Numbered from the stretch's first letter, positions 1-15,854 are shown. The stretch: 64,000 nucleotides of DNA from Malacoraja senta (GCA_038087875.1 CM075989.1:6014001-6078000), one strand, 5' to 3'. Notes: generated by a model not told the origin, from the letters alone. Numbers and translations are program-made.

Positions 1-414
1 CAGAAAGGGAATCACAAATTAACTAGCAGATCGGATTTCACAGCCAAGAAATCAATGACATCGTCACTTCCCATCCCAATAAAATAATGCTGGTCAAAAT
101 CTTTGAATCTGTGTTACCCAATAACTAGATCAAACCTCATTCACCCAATCACAACATTGCTTTAAAGTTAGCATCAATGCTATAAATGTGCTGTTTTATT
201 TTTTAAAATGGTAGTTGCAGATTAAAAAAAATATGAGATAAAATTGAATCCATAATGTTATGAAGTACTTATGTGCCTCAAGAGATCTGGACAGCAAAAG
301 TATTGTTTGCTTCTATCCTCTACATATTAAGCACAGGAAACATCATCTTTGGTTCCTTCCTATAACCCTTGCTGGGATTGGAACAGCAGGCGCGGATAAA
401 ATGGTGAAGAAAAA

Positions 415-640
415 AAGACGCAAAATGCTGGCATAACTCAGCTGGTCCGGCTGCATCTCTGGAGACCATGGAAAGGTAACGTTTTGGATCGGGACCCTTC
501 TTCAGAATGATTGTGAGGGAGGGGGAAAGAAAGCTGGAAGAGAGGTCTATGTTCTCCAGAGGTGTTGCCAGACCCGCAGAGTTACTCCAGCACTTTGCAT
601 CTTTTTTTGTAAACCAGCAACTGCAGTTCCTTGTTTCTAG
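415..640. mobile_element. Inverted pair of PLE termini (degraded)
   Basis: GCTGGCATAACTCAGC...GACCCTTCTTCAG...GAGTTACTCCAGC...CTGCAGTTCC. Confidence 0.7.
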
Positions 641-815
641 AATGGGATGTAGCCTTTGATCTCAGAGTGGTCAGGTACAAGGGACATGCCCCCATTCATT
701 TGGGCATCTGGAAAGTATTGCGGAGGGTTAAGTCTCTTCCCATTTCACTGTCAGAGATGAGTCTCCTTGGCACCTCAAGACCAGGCTGCTCAAAGAAAGC
801 ACTGAAAATCAATAA

Positions 816-1134
816 GGGCAATACAGTGGCGCAGCTGATAGAGTTGTTGCCTCACAGCACCAGAGACCCTGACCTCGGGTGCTGCCCGTGTGGAGTTTGC
901 ACGTTTTCTCTGTGACTGTGTGGGTTTCCTCTGGGTGCTCCGGTTTCCTACCACATGCCAAAGTCATTCGGGTTTGAAGGTTAATCGGCAGGAATGAGTG
1001 GGGTGTGGCTGAGCAAGTGGGATAACACAGAATTATTGTGAATGGGTGAACGATTGTTGGCGTGGAGCCGGTAGGGTGAAAGTCCTGGTTTAAGTTCTAT
1101 ATCACTAAACAAAACGAGACTAAACTAAACTAAA
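816..1134 (+). mobile_element. tRNA-derived V-SINE (HE1-like), diverged
   Basis: A box TGGCGCAGCTG, V-domain GGGTTTCCTCTGGGTGCTCCGGTTTCC, (CTAAA)n tail. Confidence 0.8.
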
Positions 1135-1159
1135 TGTTTGATACATATTTGATATGTAA

Positions 1160-1488
1160 AACCCTGTCCCACAGTATGAGTTCATTCCAAGAGCTCTCCT
1201 GAGTTTTAAAAAAATCAGACTCATGGTAAGCACGGAGAATGAACGTAGCAGGTACGTCGGAGCTCGGGGACATCTCTTAGTGCCTCGGAACGCTAACGGC
1301 AGGTACTCGGGAAGACTCGCTAACGGCAGGAAAGCTCGGGAAGACTCGTGAAGATTTTTCAACATGTGGAAAAATGTCCACGAGAGCCCCGAGTACCGAC
1401 GAGTGGCCGTTACCATAAATCTCCAGGTTTGAATCAGGGCAAACACGGGAGAACTCTTGGAATGAACTCGTACCGTGGGACAAGGCTA
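1160..1488. mobile_element. MITE (PIF/Harbinger-like)
   Basis: TIRs of about 40 bp: CCTGTCCCACAGTATGAGTTCATTCCAAGAG / CTCTTGGAATGAACTCGTACCGTGGGACAAGG. Confidence 0.8.
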
Positions 1489-1654
1489 TTATGCCATTAT
1501 ATCCACTACATTATATCCACAAATAAAAAACTTTTCACTGTACCTCAATACACTTGACAATAAACTAAACTAAAACTATTTGGAACAATAAGCCAATGAG
1601 TTTGTTTTGAAATACAGTCGCTATGTAAATGCACACCAACTAAGCTATTTACCG

Positions 1655-1885
1655 TGACTAAAAAGCAAAATGCTGCAGATGCCGGAAGTCTGAAATAAAA
1701 GCAAGATATGTTCGAAACACTCATTAGTTGGGCAGGGTCTGTGCGGAGAGATAGAGTTAGCATTTCTGATCTGGGGCCTTCATCAGAACCTTCTGACGAA
1801 GGGAACTGGAACAGAAACGTGAACTGTTTCACTCTCCACAGATGTTGCCTGCCCTGCTGAGTGTTTCTGGCATTTCCTGTTTCAA
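1655..1885. mobile_element. Older PLE-terminus palindrome with degenerate hammerhead (CTGACGAAGG...GAAACGT)
   Basis: Inverted arms around TTCATCAGAACCTTCTGACGAA. Confidence 0.6.
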
Positions 1886-2197
1886 TTATGTGTAGTTTAG
1901 CCCCATCGTAAATGAATGAAAGAAGGATTGAAGCAATTTGGGATGAATTATTTTGTTAAAGGTGCTATACAAATGCCAGATATTTTTTGGGGTTAATTGA
2001 CTGGATAACTCATTGTGTAATGATGAAGGGCTGTTTGAACAGAACCTGGTCTTTGTTTCTCCTTCCACACATGCTGCCTGACCAACTGAGTGTTTTTAGC
2101 ATTTTCTGTTTTTATTTCAGATTTCCAGCATCTGCGTGAAAATAAAAATAAAATTCTGCCCTGAAGAAATCAAACACAGAACAATTTGGGCGGTCTC

Positions 2198-2470
2198 TTT
2201 GCAGAACACCTGCCAGGGAGTTGTCCTAAGCTTCCTGTTGCCTGCCATTTTAATTCACTGTCCCTCTTACAGTCTGTCCTTTCTGTCTGAGGCCTCCTTC
2301 ATAGGTACATAAGTGATAGGAGCAGAATTAGGCCATTCGGCCCATCAAGTCCTTCTCCGCCATTTCCCTCTCAACCCCATTCTCCTGCCTTCTCCCCATA
2401 ACCCCTAACACCCATACTAATCAAGAATCTGTCTATCACTGCCTTAAATAATACCTCATCTTCCATCTTT
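2198..2470 (+). mobile_element. Degraded PLE GIY-YIG fragment interrupted by a CR1 3' end (about 2305-2450)
   Basis: FAEHL...LPVACHFNS...LSV*GLL, then CTCATCTTC (LIF) after the insert; parallels 62966-63184. Confidence 0.55.
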
Positions 2471-3655
2471 CATCTGAAACTCAATGGTGAACTCAGGTTT
2501 ATTTTGAAGGTAGACACAAAATGCTGGAGTAACTCAGCGGGACAGGCAGCATCTCTGGAGAGAAGGAATGGTCGAGACCCTTCTTCAGGTTTATTTTCTC
2601 TGGAGCATTAGAGGCAGAGGGGAGACCTGAGAGAGGCATGTAAAATTATGAGAGGCATAATGGATAGGACAGGCTTAGAGGGATATGGGGCAAACGCAGG
2701 CAGGTAGGATGAGTGTAGATGGGACACGTTGGATGATATGGGCAAATTGGGCCAAGGGGCCTGTTTCCAATCGGTATTACTCTATGACTCTATGCATAGG
2801 TAGAGTTGACACCCAGAACCTATTTCCCAGGGTGGAAATGACAAAGGTTAGAGGGCATAGCTTCAAGGTGAAAGGGGCAAAATTTAAAAGAAATATGCAG
2901 GACTAGTGTTTTACGAGACGGCGGTGGGTACCAGGAGTGGTGGTAGAGGCAGATACGATAATGCAGTTTAAGAGACATAGATAGGCTCATGGATATCCAG
3001 GAAATGGAAGGCTATGGATTGTGTACAAGCAGAGGACATTAGTTTAACTTGGGGTCGTGTTCGGCACGGACTGTGTGGGCCAAATGGTCTGTTCCTGTGC
3101 TGTACTGTCCTACGTTCTGTGTTCAGTACCAGAGGAACTGCTGATTCAGACATTTGGAGTATGTGTTTGGTTACCATCCACAGGGAAAGGGTTATCACTG
3201 AACACCATCAAATCAGAAGCCTCCTTAACCCCCATACTGTTCTGATGGAGTTCAGTTTAGTTTAATTTAGTTTAGTTTTAGGTTAGAGATACATTGTGGA
3301 AACCGCCCCTTTGGCCCAGCCAGTCAGCGCTGACCAACGATCACCCGTATATTAGTTCTATCTGTGAGTTGGTCATCCAAGTGGCTGCCAAAATCCTGGA
3401 TAGGAAAAGTGCAGAAGAATATGGGTCCAATGAAGGCAATGGGATCTATGTAAATAAACGTCATGGCCGAGTTTGGGCCATTTCTGTGGTTGACCTTTCC
3501 ATGACTCCATGACTCAGTAGAAAAATCAAGGCCCCTGCTCAACCAATAACGATCTTGTGGAAGTGGAATTAGTCATACCTCTACTTTCAGGAAGCTGTGT
3601 ACTTGGACCTCAAGATCCCTCTGTACATTAATGCTATCAAGGGTTTTGCCATTAA

Positions 3656-3851
3656 AGGGCCTGCCCCACTTGGGCGTCATTTGCACGTAATTTATGCGAC
3701 ATCATTTACGCGTCATGACACACGACATGCGCATGGTGCGTGGTGACGTAGGCAGTGGTACGTGGTCGCCCGTGGCGCCCCAGGGTTTTGGGATGTACAA
3801 AATCTTCGCGCGCCATCTGCGTGAGTGGGACGCCCGAGTGGGACAGGCCCG
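3656..3851. mobile_element. MITE (PIF/Harbinger-like), TAA TSD
   Basis: TAA-AGGGCCTGCCCCACTTGGGCGTC...GACGCCCGAGTGGGACAGGCCCG-TAA. Confidence 0.85.
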
Positions 3852-4530
3852 TAACTACATACCTTCCCCTTACATTCGACCCCCTGAAGTGCAACACCTC
3901 ACACTTGCAACCCGACAGAGTAGGATTACAATTGCAACAATAATTTTCAAACATAGCTCACCACCAAAACTGACCACCAGAATAGAGACAGGACCACAAC
4001 GAATGGCAAAATTGGACTCAAATTCCGATTTTCGCTTCATAGTGTTTTTCTGGATAGCTTTACAATGTCAGAAACAAAAATAGTCGATGTTCTTAACTTT
4101 AAAAACAATTCATCACTTCTCTTTATTTATGTTTACCATGAAGGGAGTGTTGAAGAATGGATCAATCAAAAAGCAAAATTGAGCTGGTGAAAGTACACCG
4201 AATATGGCAAAGAATATACTTGCAATCAGAAAGCTTTGGCAGTCGCAACTAAATAAATAAATCCTGAAGAAATAAATCCTTAAGGCAGGGTTGAAATGTT
4301 AAACAGCTCTGAAGCAATACTAAAACAAGGTTTGCTGTTGTCAGATCCAAGCAAGCTATTTACAAACTCCCAAATCATTCCTCTCCCACTACACTCAACT
4401 TCCTTCTAAAGGCATTGAGGTTGGAAGTGTGTAGGAAGGAACTGCAGATGCTGGTTTCAACCGAACATAGGCACAAAACGCTGGAGTAACTCAGCGGGTC
4501 AGGCAACAACTCGGGAGAAAATGAATAGGT

Positions 4531-4558
4531 GACGTTTCAGGTCGAGACCCTTCTTCAG
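4531..4558 (-). ncRNA. Minimal hammerhead ribozyme motif
   Basis: Reverse complement is CTGAAGAAGGGTCTCGACCTGAAACGTC; an inverted partner lies at 4560-4587. Confidence 0.7.
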
Positions 4559-5097
4559 ACTGAAGAAGGGTTTTGACCCGAAAGGTCGCCTATTCCTCTA
4601 CTCCAGAGGTTGGAAGCGTGATCTGTGGATGTTTTCCCATTTTATTAATACAGGTTGAACAGCAAACACATACCAAGATTCCAGGAATAGTTTCTCTTCA
4701 ACACGGCATTGGAGGTCTTTCATACATATCTGAGAATACCAGCCATGCTGTTTATGGTAACTTCTTATACTGAGAGCCAAAAGTTGCAAACCTGTGCTTT
4801 TTATTAATTGTAGAAATGTCTTTTAGCAATTCCACTGATCACAGATAATGATCCATTCTTCCTTGCTATTTTGGGGTTAGTAATGTTATTTTAGTTTAGT
4901 TTAGTTTAGTGTAGAGATACAGCGCGGAAACAGTCGGTAGAAGGGTCTCGACTCGAAACGTCGCCCATTCCTTCTCTCCAGAGATGCTGCTTGACCTGCT
5001 GAGTTACTCCAGCTTTTTGTGTCTCCCTTCGATTTTACCAGCATCTGCAGTTCGTTCGTACTACTTTCTTTTAGTTCAGTTCAGTTTAGAGACCCTT

Positions 5098-5413
5098 TAG
5101 TTTAATTTAGTTTAGAGATACAGTGCGGAAACAGGCCCCTCGACCCACCGAGTCCGCGCCGACCAGAGATTCCCGCACACTTACACTATCCTACACAAAC
5201 TAGGGACATTTTTTACATTTATACCAAGCCAATTAACCTACAAAGCCTGTAGGTCTTTGGAGTGTGGGAGGAATCTGAAGATCTCGGAGAAATCCCACGC
5301 AGGTCACGGGGAGAACGTACAAACTCCTTACAGACAGCACCCATAGTCGGGATCGAACCCAGGTCTCTGGCGCTGTAAGACAGTGGCTCTACCGCTGCGC
5401 CACCGTGCTGCCC
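5098..5413 (-). mobile_element. V-SINE (HE1-like), full length
   Basis: A box TGGCGCAGCGG, B box GGTTCGATCCC, V-domain, CR1-like tail with (CTAAA)n. Confidence 0.9.
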
Positions 5414-6055
5414 TATCCTCGAGCAGGTGACCAGATGGTCTTTATTGATGGGTTTACAATAGAACCGATGAGGGGTGTTAGCATTGTGAAGCTATGCTGT
5501 GTAGTCAGCACAATGACTTCAAGCCCAGGTATTCTTAAATGCTGAGAGGCTGAGCAATTGCCATAGTGTACACAGTGTTCTTGGAAAGGAGCTCAGGATT
5601 GTTAGTGATGGTTCTGTGGCTTTGCTATTCTGTCCCAAGTTAACCTCAGCAATAAACTCCTTTCACATTTGGAAAAGAAGCTGATGTTTGAATTTTATTC
5701 CCAAAACCCTGCTAACTCTGCTTGTTTATGGAGTGAACGGGTTGGTTGAAACATTCTGATCAGGAATGGCTCTGCAGCATATGATCTGAGAGCTGGCATC
5801 AAAATGGAGGCTGAAGGAACTGCAAATGCTGGGATGCTTAATAAAATGCAAAGTGCTGGAGGAACTCAATGGGTCAGGCATCCGTAGGAGGAATGAACAA
5901 ACAACATTTTGGGTCTGAAGAAGGGTCTTGACCCGAAGAGTCATGAGTCTTTGGCATATATGCCAACGATGACTTGAAGGCCAAACTCCGAATGTGCCAT
6001 AAGGGTGCAGTTGATACCAAACTGTAATTCTCTCTCTCTAGCATTTTGCTTCTTA

Positions 6056-6542
6056 AAGGCCTGTCCCACTTGGCTGTCATTTGCGCCTCATTTACACGTG
6101 ATATGTAAAATAGATCGACGCGTCGTGATGCGCGACGTCGCGTGCAAATCACGCAACAGCACAGCCGTCTGGTGCGTGTGACATCATTAGAATACCCTGT
6201 GGCGTGCGGCAGGACGTTGACGCAAGGACGTAAGGACGTTGACGCACGGTGACGTAACCATGCGTCACCACGCGATACACGTGAGACGTTGGGATGCCAG
6301 CGTACGACGGCAATGCGTCAGCGTGCGTACCCAATGCGTCAGCGTACATACGCGATACGTCATGCAGGTGGCTTGCGAGCATTTCGTTCCTGTACTAAAT
6401 CCTGGAGCGCCGCGTGATACCGCGCGCCACCGCATACGATTCCACACCTCACCATGCGCACCCCACGCATCACGACGCGTCGACCTAATTTACATATAAC
6501 GCGTAAATGAGGCGCAAATGACAGCCAAGTGGGATAGGCCTT
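6056..6542. mobile_element. MITE (PIF/Harbinger-like), TTA TSD, long TIRs
   Basis: TTA-AAGGCCTGTCCCACTTGGCTGTCATTTGCGCCTCATTTAC...GTAAATGAGGCGCAAATGACAGCCAAGTGGGATAGGCCTT-TTA; CpG-rich. Confidence 0.9.
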
Positions 6543-6917
6543 TTAGACTTCAATTTCAGGAGGTGGAAGAGCTAGCCGTCCATTTGTATCTCAAGAACAC
6601 TCCTCTTTATGCAGCAGGGCGGGCTCCAGGACTCGTGTGAAAAACAGGTTGAACAGGTCTTGAGAAGTAGAACACAAAGTGCTGCAGGTGCCCAGCAGAT
6701 CAGGCAGCAACTGGGGGTGGGGGGAATGGATTGGCGACGGTTTGATCTGGAACCTTGTTCAGACTGATTGGAACAGTGGGGAGAAAGCTGGAAAAGAGAG
6801 ATGGAGGGGGGTGGGGGACAAAGGGTCATAGATACATAGAAAATAGGAGCAGGAGTAGGCCATTCGGCCCTTCGAGCCTGCACCGCCATTCAATATGATC
6901 ATGGCTGATCATCCAAC

Positions 6918-8201
6918 TCAGTATCCCGTACCTGCCTTCTCTCCATACCCCCTGATCCCTTTAGCCACAAGGGCCACATCTAACTCCCTCTCAAATATAG
7001 CCAATGAACTGGCCTCAACTACCCTCTGTGGCAGAGAGTTCCAGAGATTCACCACTCTCTGTGTGAAAAAGTTTTTCCTCATCTCGGTCTTAAAGGATTT
7101 CCCCCTTATCCTTAAGCTGTGACCCCTTGTCCTGGACTTCCCCAACATCGGGAACAATCTTCCTGCATCTAGCCTGTCCAACCCCATAAAAATTTTGTAC
7201 GTTTCTATAAGATCCCCTCTCAATCTCCTAAATTCTAGCGAGTATAAGCCAAGTCTATCCAGTCTTTCTTCATATGAAAGTCCTGACATCCCAGGAATCA
7301 GTCTGGTGAACCTTCTTTGCACTCCCTCTATGGCTATAATGTCCTTCCTCAGATTTGGAGACCAAAACTGTATGCAATACTCCAGGTGTGGTCTCACCAA
7401 GACCCTGTACAACTGCAGTAGAACCTCCCTGCTCCTATACTCAAATCCTCTTGCTATGAAGGCCAACATACCATTCGCTTTCTTCACTGCCTGCAGCACC
7501 TGCATGCCTACTTTCAATGACTGGTGTACCATGACACCCAGGTCTCGCTGCATCTCCCCATTTCCTAATCGGCCACCATTTAGATAATAGTCTGCCTTCC
7601 TGTTTTTGCCACCAAAGTGGATAACCTCACATTTATCCACATTATACTGCATCTGCCAAACATTTGCCCACTCACCCAGCCTATCCAAGTCACCTTGCAG
7701 TCTCCTAGCATCCTCCTCACAGCTAACACTGCCCCCCAGCTTAGTGTCATCCGCAAACTTGGAGATGTTGCTTTCAATTCCCTCGTCCAGATCATTAATA
7801 TAAATTGTAAATAGCTGGGGTCCCACCACTGAGCCTTGCGGTACCCCACTAGTCACTGCCTGCCATTGTGAAAAGGACCCGTTTACTCCTACTCTTTGCT
7901 TCCTGTTTGCCAGCCAGTTCTCTATCCACATCAATACTGAACCTCCAATACCGTGTGATTTAAGTTTGTATCCTAATCTCTTATGTGGTACCTTGTCGAA
8001 AGCCTTCTGAAAGTCCAGATACAACACATCCACTGGTTCTCCCCTATCCACTCTACTAGTTACATCCTCGAAAAATTCTATAAGATTCGTCAGACACGAT
8101 TTACCTTTCGTAAATCCATGCTGACTTTGTCCAATGATTTCACCACTTTCCAAATGTGCTGCTATCCCATCTTTAATAACTGACTCTAGCAGTTTCCCCA
8201 C
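6918..8201 (-). CDS. CR1 ORF2 reverse transcriptase domain and C-terminus (open 427-aa segment)
   Basis: Motifs QHGFTKGKSCLTNL, YLDFQKAFDKVPH, SGVPQGSVVGP, KFADDTKL, RPHLEYC. The frame stays open upstream to about 8290 (WRVANVTPLFKKG...NYRPVSLTS). Confidence 0.93.
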   Translation of the reverse strand: MGKLLESVIKDGIAAHLESGEIIGQSQHGFTKGKSCLTNLIEFFEDVTSRVDRGEPVDVLYLDFQKAFDKVPHKRLGYKLKSHGIGGSVLMWIENWLANRKQRVGVNGSFSQWQAVTSGVPQGSVVGPQLFTIYINDLDEGIESNISKFADDTKLGGSVSCEEDARRLQGDLDRLGEWANVWQMQYNVDKCEVIHFGGKNRKADYYLNGGRLGNGEMQRDLGVMVHQSLKVGMQVLQAVKKANGMLAFIARGFEYRSREVLLQLYRVLVRPHLEYCIQFWSPNLRKDIIAIEGVQRRFTRLIPGMSGLSYEERLDRLGLYSLEFRRLRGDLIETYKIFMGLDRLDAGRLFPMLGKSRTRGHSLRIRGKSFKTEMRKNFFTQRVVNLWNSLPQRVVEASSLAIFERELDVALVAKGIRGYGEKAGTGY

Positions 8202-9460
8202 TACCGATGTTAGACTAACTGGTCTGTAATTCCCCGTTTTCTCTCTCCCTCCCTTCTTAAAAAGTGGGGTTACGTTTGCTACCCTCCAATACTCCAGAAT
8301 CTACAGAGTTTTGAAAAATTATCACTAATGCATCCACTATTTCTGGAGCTACTTCCTTAAGTACTCTGGGATGCAGCCTATCTGGCCCTGGTGATTTATC
8401 GGCCTTTAATCCATTCAATTTACCCAACACCACTTCCCGACTAACCTGGATTTCACTCAGTTCCTCCATCTCCTTTGACCCGCGGCCCCCTGCTATTTCC
8501 GGCAGATTATTTATGTCTTCCTTATGGCTAATTTGTACGCATCATCTTTTGCTTTGATACTATCCCTGATTTCCCTTGTTATCCACGGATGCACTACCTT
8601 CCCTGATTTATTCTTTTGCCAAACTGGGATGAACAATTTTTGTAGTTCATCCATGCAGTGTTTAAATGCCTTCCATTGCATATCCACCGTCAACCCTTTT
8701 AGAACTAATTGCCAGTCAATCTTGGCCAATTCACGTCTCATACCCTCAAAGTTACCTTTCTTTAAGTTCAGAACCGTTGTTTCTGAATTAACAATGTCAC
8801 TCTCCATCCTAATGAAGAACTCAACCATATTATGGTCACTCTTGCCAAGGGGGCACGCACAACAAGACTGCTAACTAACCCTTCCTCATTACTCAATACC
8901 CAGTCTAGAATAGCCTGCTCTCTCGTTGGTTCCTCTACATGTTGATTTAGATAACTATCCCTCATACATTCCAAGAAATCCTCTTCCTCAGCACCCCTGC
9001 CAATTTTATTCACCCAATCTATATGTAGATTGAAGTCACGCATTATAACTGTTTTGCCTTTGTTGCACGCATTTCTAATTTCCTGTTTGATGCCATCCCC
9101 AACTTCACTACTACTGCTAGGTGGCCTGTACACAACACCCACCAGCGTTTTCTGCCCTTAGTGTTTCGCAGCTCTACCCATACCGATTCCACATCCTCCA
9201 AGCTAATGTCCTTCCTTTCCACTGCGTTAATCTCCTCTCTAACCAGCAACGCTACCCCACCTCCTTTTCCTTTCTCTCTATCCCTCCTGAATATTGAATA
9301 TCCCTGGATGTTCAGCTCCCAGCCTTGATCGCAGTTGGGATCATGGAGCCATGTCTCCGTGATCCCAACTATATCATAATCATTAATTGCTATCTGCACG
9401 TTCAACTCATCCACCTTATTACGAATGCTCCTTGCATTGAGACACAAAGCCTTCAGGCTT
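8202..9460 (-). pseudogene. CR1 ORF2 N-terminal half (APE endonuclease and linker), frameshifted and internally deleted
   Basis: Fragments in different frames: LNARSIRNKVDEL, GITETWL, KGGGVALLV, GVVYRPP, DFNLHIDW, PTREQAILDWVLSN, KSPGPDRLHPRVLKE. Apparent deletion near 8520. Confidence 0.9.
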
Positions 9461-9763
9461 GTTTTTACAACGCTCTTACCCCTTATACAATTATGTTGAA
9501 AAGTGGCTCTTTTTGATTTTTGCCCTGGATTTGTCTGCCTGCCACTTTTACTTTTCACCTTGCTACCTATTGCTTCCGCCCGCATTTTACACCCCTCTGT
9601 TTCTCTGCTCACCCATTTAAGAACCCCACCACCTCTTATTCTCTGTTTATTATTGTTTTCTTCTTTCCCCCTACATGTTGGGTCTGAGTGCTTTCCTTCT
9701 CTGCCTCCTGCCTCACACACTGTCTAATAGCATTCTCTATTTGAGTCCCTCCCCCCAACCATT

Positions 9764-10200
9764 CTAGTTTAAACTCTTCCCAGTAGCCTTTGCAGATCTC
9801 CCCGCCAGGATATCGGTCCCCCTCAGGTTCAAGTACAACCCATCCTTTTTGTACAGGTCGAACCTTCCACAAAAGAGGTCCCAATGATCCAGAAATTTGA
9901 ATCCCTGCCCTCTGCACCAGTCCTTCAGCCACGCATTTATCCTCCGCCTCGCTCCATTCCTACTCTCACTGTCGCGTGGCACAGGCAGTAATCCCGAGAT
10001 TGTTACCTTTGCTGTCCTTCTCTTTAACTCCCCTCCTAACTCCCTAAATTCTCCTTTCAGGACCTCTTCTCTTTTTTTACCTATGTCATTGGTACCTATA
10101 TGTATCACGACCTCGGGCTCCCCTCCCTGCCCTTTCAGGATATCTTGGACACGTTGAGACACATCACAGACCCTGGCACCAGGGAGGCAAACTACCATCC
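9764..10200 (-). pseudogene. CR1 ORF1 C-terminal SGNH/GDSL esterase-like domain, 5'-truncated
   Basis: VVCLPGARV, VVIHIGTNDIG, ISGLLP and DGLYLN (normally DGLHLN) match CR1 ORF1p esterase blocks. The first residues of the predicted ORF come from the flanking repeat. Confidence 0.85.
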
Positions 10201-10411
10201 AAACTACCATGTCTCGACCCGAAACATCGGCCATTCCTTCTCTCCAGAGATACTGCCTCACCTGCTGAGTTACTCCAGCATTTTGTGTCTACCTTGGATT
10301 TAAACCAACATCTGCAGTTCTTTCTTACACACTTACTCCTCCCCCCCCCCCCCTGCTCCACCTAGTCTGAAGGGTCCCGTCCCATAGCGCTGCCTATCCA
10401 TTCTCCACAGA

Positions 10412-10905
10412 TTTTAGAGTTTCGCGATACAGCACGGAAACAGGCTCTTCAGCCCACAGAGTCCATGCAATCTCCACAGACTAACACAATACTACACTCA
10501 CTAAGGAGAATGTACAATTATACCAAGCCAATTAACCTACAAACCTGTACGTCTTTAGAGTGTGGGAGGAAAGCGGAGATCCCGGAGAAAACCCACGCAG
10601 GTCACGGAGAGAATGCACAAACTCCAAACAGACAGCACCCATAGTCAAGATCAAACCCGGGTCTCTGGCGCAGTAAGGCAGCAACTCTACCGCTGTGTCA
10701 CCGTGTCGCCCTATGTTACCCCACTCCCTGCACACCAGGGGCAATTTACAGAGGCCAGTTAAACTACAAACCCCACACATCTTTGGAGGAAACCAGAGCA
10801 CCCAGAGAAATCCCACGTGGTCCCAAGAAGAATATGCAATCTCCACATGGACACCGCCCAAATTTGTCATCAAACCCGGGTTTCCGGTGCCGTGATGCTG
10901 CCCCA
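10412..10905 (-). mobile_element. Two adjacent V-SINEs (10412-10711 and degraded 10720-10905)
   Basis: Match to the other copies. Confidence 0.8.
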
Positions 10906-12029
10906 CCCGTTGCATTCCTCCAGCACTTTGTGCTTTGCTCAAGATTCCAGCATTTGCAGTTCCCTGTGTCTCTGGAGCAGGTTCACGGTCCTGGTTCAAA
11001 CAGAAGCAGCAATATGACCAGATCATGTGTTTGATTGTCAATAATCATCTTTGGGAGATAAATCCTCACAAGGCCGACAGGAATAATGCTTCTCCTCATC
11101 TTCTGGCAGGACCTCGTTTAACTTCTCCCCTGAAAGGTGACACCACCTGAAAGGCAGCACAGTGGCGCAGCTGGTAGAGCTGCTGCCTCACAGTGCCGGA
11201 GACCCAAGTTCGATCCCGACCTCCGGAGCTGTCTATGTGGAGTTTGCATGTTCTCCCAGTTACGACATGGGTTTTCTCCAGCTGCTCCAGTTTTCTGCCA
11301 CACCCCCAAATGAAAGGAAGTGTGGGTTTGTAGGTTGATTGGCCTCTATAAATCACCCCTATGGGCCTGTCCCACTTAGGCGACTTTTTAGCCGACTGCA
11401 GGAGACTATGCGATCACCACATGTTCGCGGGTGGTTGCCGAGGAGTCGCCTTCATGGTCGTGAGGAGTTCCCACATTCTGGGAACTAGTCGCGGCCTCAT
11501 TATCACCACGTTGAAAAATTAGCGGCGACCAGAATGAAGCCGCCACGGAGAGTAGCGAGTATTCTCGTGCAGTGGTAGTGGGTCGCCATGAGGTCCTAGG
11601 GGGTTGCCAGGAGGTCGAAGGTTGTCGTAGGCTCTCACAGGTTGTAGCCGGTGCTGACTGGTGTATTTCATTGGCTCATTGGGAAAAAAAATGTAAGCAG
11701 TAGTTTTCAGAACCAAGGATAACCGACCGGTAATGTTAAATGTCCGCCGAGCTTCACAGCCGTGTATCTCTGGCTTCTTAAAAGTTGTCTCCATTCCTTC
11801 TCCCCCGTCTCCCGCCTCTCTCCCCCTCTCCCCCCTCCCCCTCTTTTAAGGGACTTACGTGACCCTTCCGTACACTGTGCTTTCACTGTCTTAATTACAG
11901 CGCCAACCTTCCTGTTCATCGCGGTGTGTGTCTGTATCGCATTGGCTTTGCACCGTGTGAATTTCACTCAGACAGCGCTCCCCCGCTTGCCCTGTCCCCC
12001 GACTGCATAACGGGCTGGTGAAGGAAGCG

Positions 12030-15027
<2,998 letters not shown>

Positions 15028-15854
15028 TTCCACTCTGACAGTCGCCGTTCCAGTCGCCTGGTTTTTCAGGCCCAATAGTGTGTAGGGAGTGGATGGGAGG
15101 GTGGGATAACATAGAACTGGTGAGAATGGAAGCTCGATGGTCAACATTGACTTTGCAGACTGAAGGGCCTGTTTCGATGCTGTGTCTTCCCATCATATGG
15201 TGCAGTACTTCCCTCCAAACTGCATGGAATTATCATCTTATTAATTCATCAGAACAGCCTCCCAAAATATGAACCAGGTAAAACTGGCATCTTTAAAGAA
15301 TCTTATAGGGAAGTGAAAACATGCTTTATCCCACAATTCTTTATAAATTGTTCAATGATGTAAACATGTCATGGAAAGGGAACAATGTTTGTGCTTTCAT
15401 TTCCTTTGAAGAGCTATTTATGTGTTAAGCTGAGGGAGCTAGGCTATTCAACCGTGTGGGAAAGAGGAGGTAAGGCCCGATTTATCGAATACTTAGAGGA
15501 TAGACACATAAAGCTGGAGTAACTCAGCGGAACAGGCAGCATCTCTGGAGAGAAGGAAAGTGGGACGTTTCAGGTCGAGACCCTTCTTCAAACTCCAACA
15601 AATTCTCCACAACTACTTCACCAGCTCGACCCAACCAGAACCACCAGATATAGTTAGGTCCAATCAAGCTTGAAGTACATTTTTAGGCTGTGTTGTACCT
15701 GTTCCTTTAGGAAGGTCCCAAAGCTGTTTAGAGTCAAGGACACACTTTCCAAAGTGTAATGTAGATCATGTGGTGAGAAGGGGCAATGAAAGTGACCGAG
15801 GCAAAGTTTAAAGGAGATGTGCCGGAAGTTCTTTTACACAGATAGCAGTCGTAG

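Larger units (their letters stand above)
6828..10210 (-). mobile_element. CR1-clade LINE (HER1-like), 5'-truncated within ORF1
   Basis: Minus-strand order is ORF1 esterase, APE endonuclease, RT, 3' UTR ending in CTATTTTCTATGTATCTAT. GTC is duplicated at 6825-6827 and 10211-10213. Confidence 0.95.

Noticed and set aside
415..640. Reading the PLE palindromes as DNA-transposon MITEs
   Set aside because: Single arms occur alone, continue into GIY-YIG coding sequence, and have 9-11 bp duplications of variable length, which fits retroelement termini better.
7195..8183. Plus-strand ORFs overlapping the RT
   Set aside because: Antisense shadows of the CR1 ORF2.
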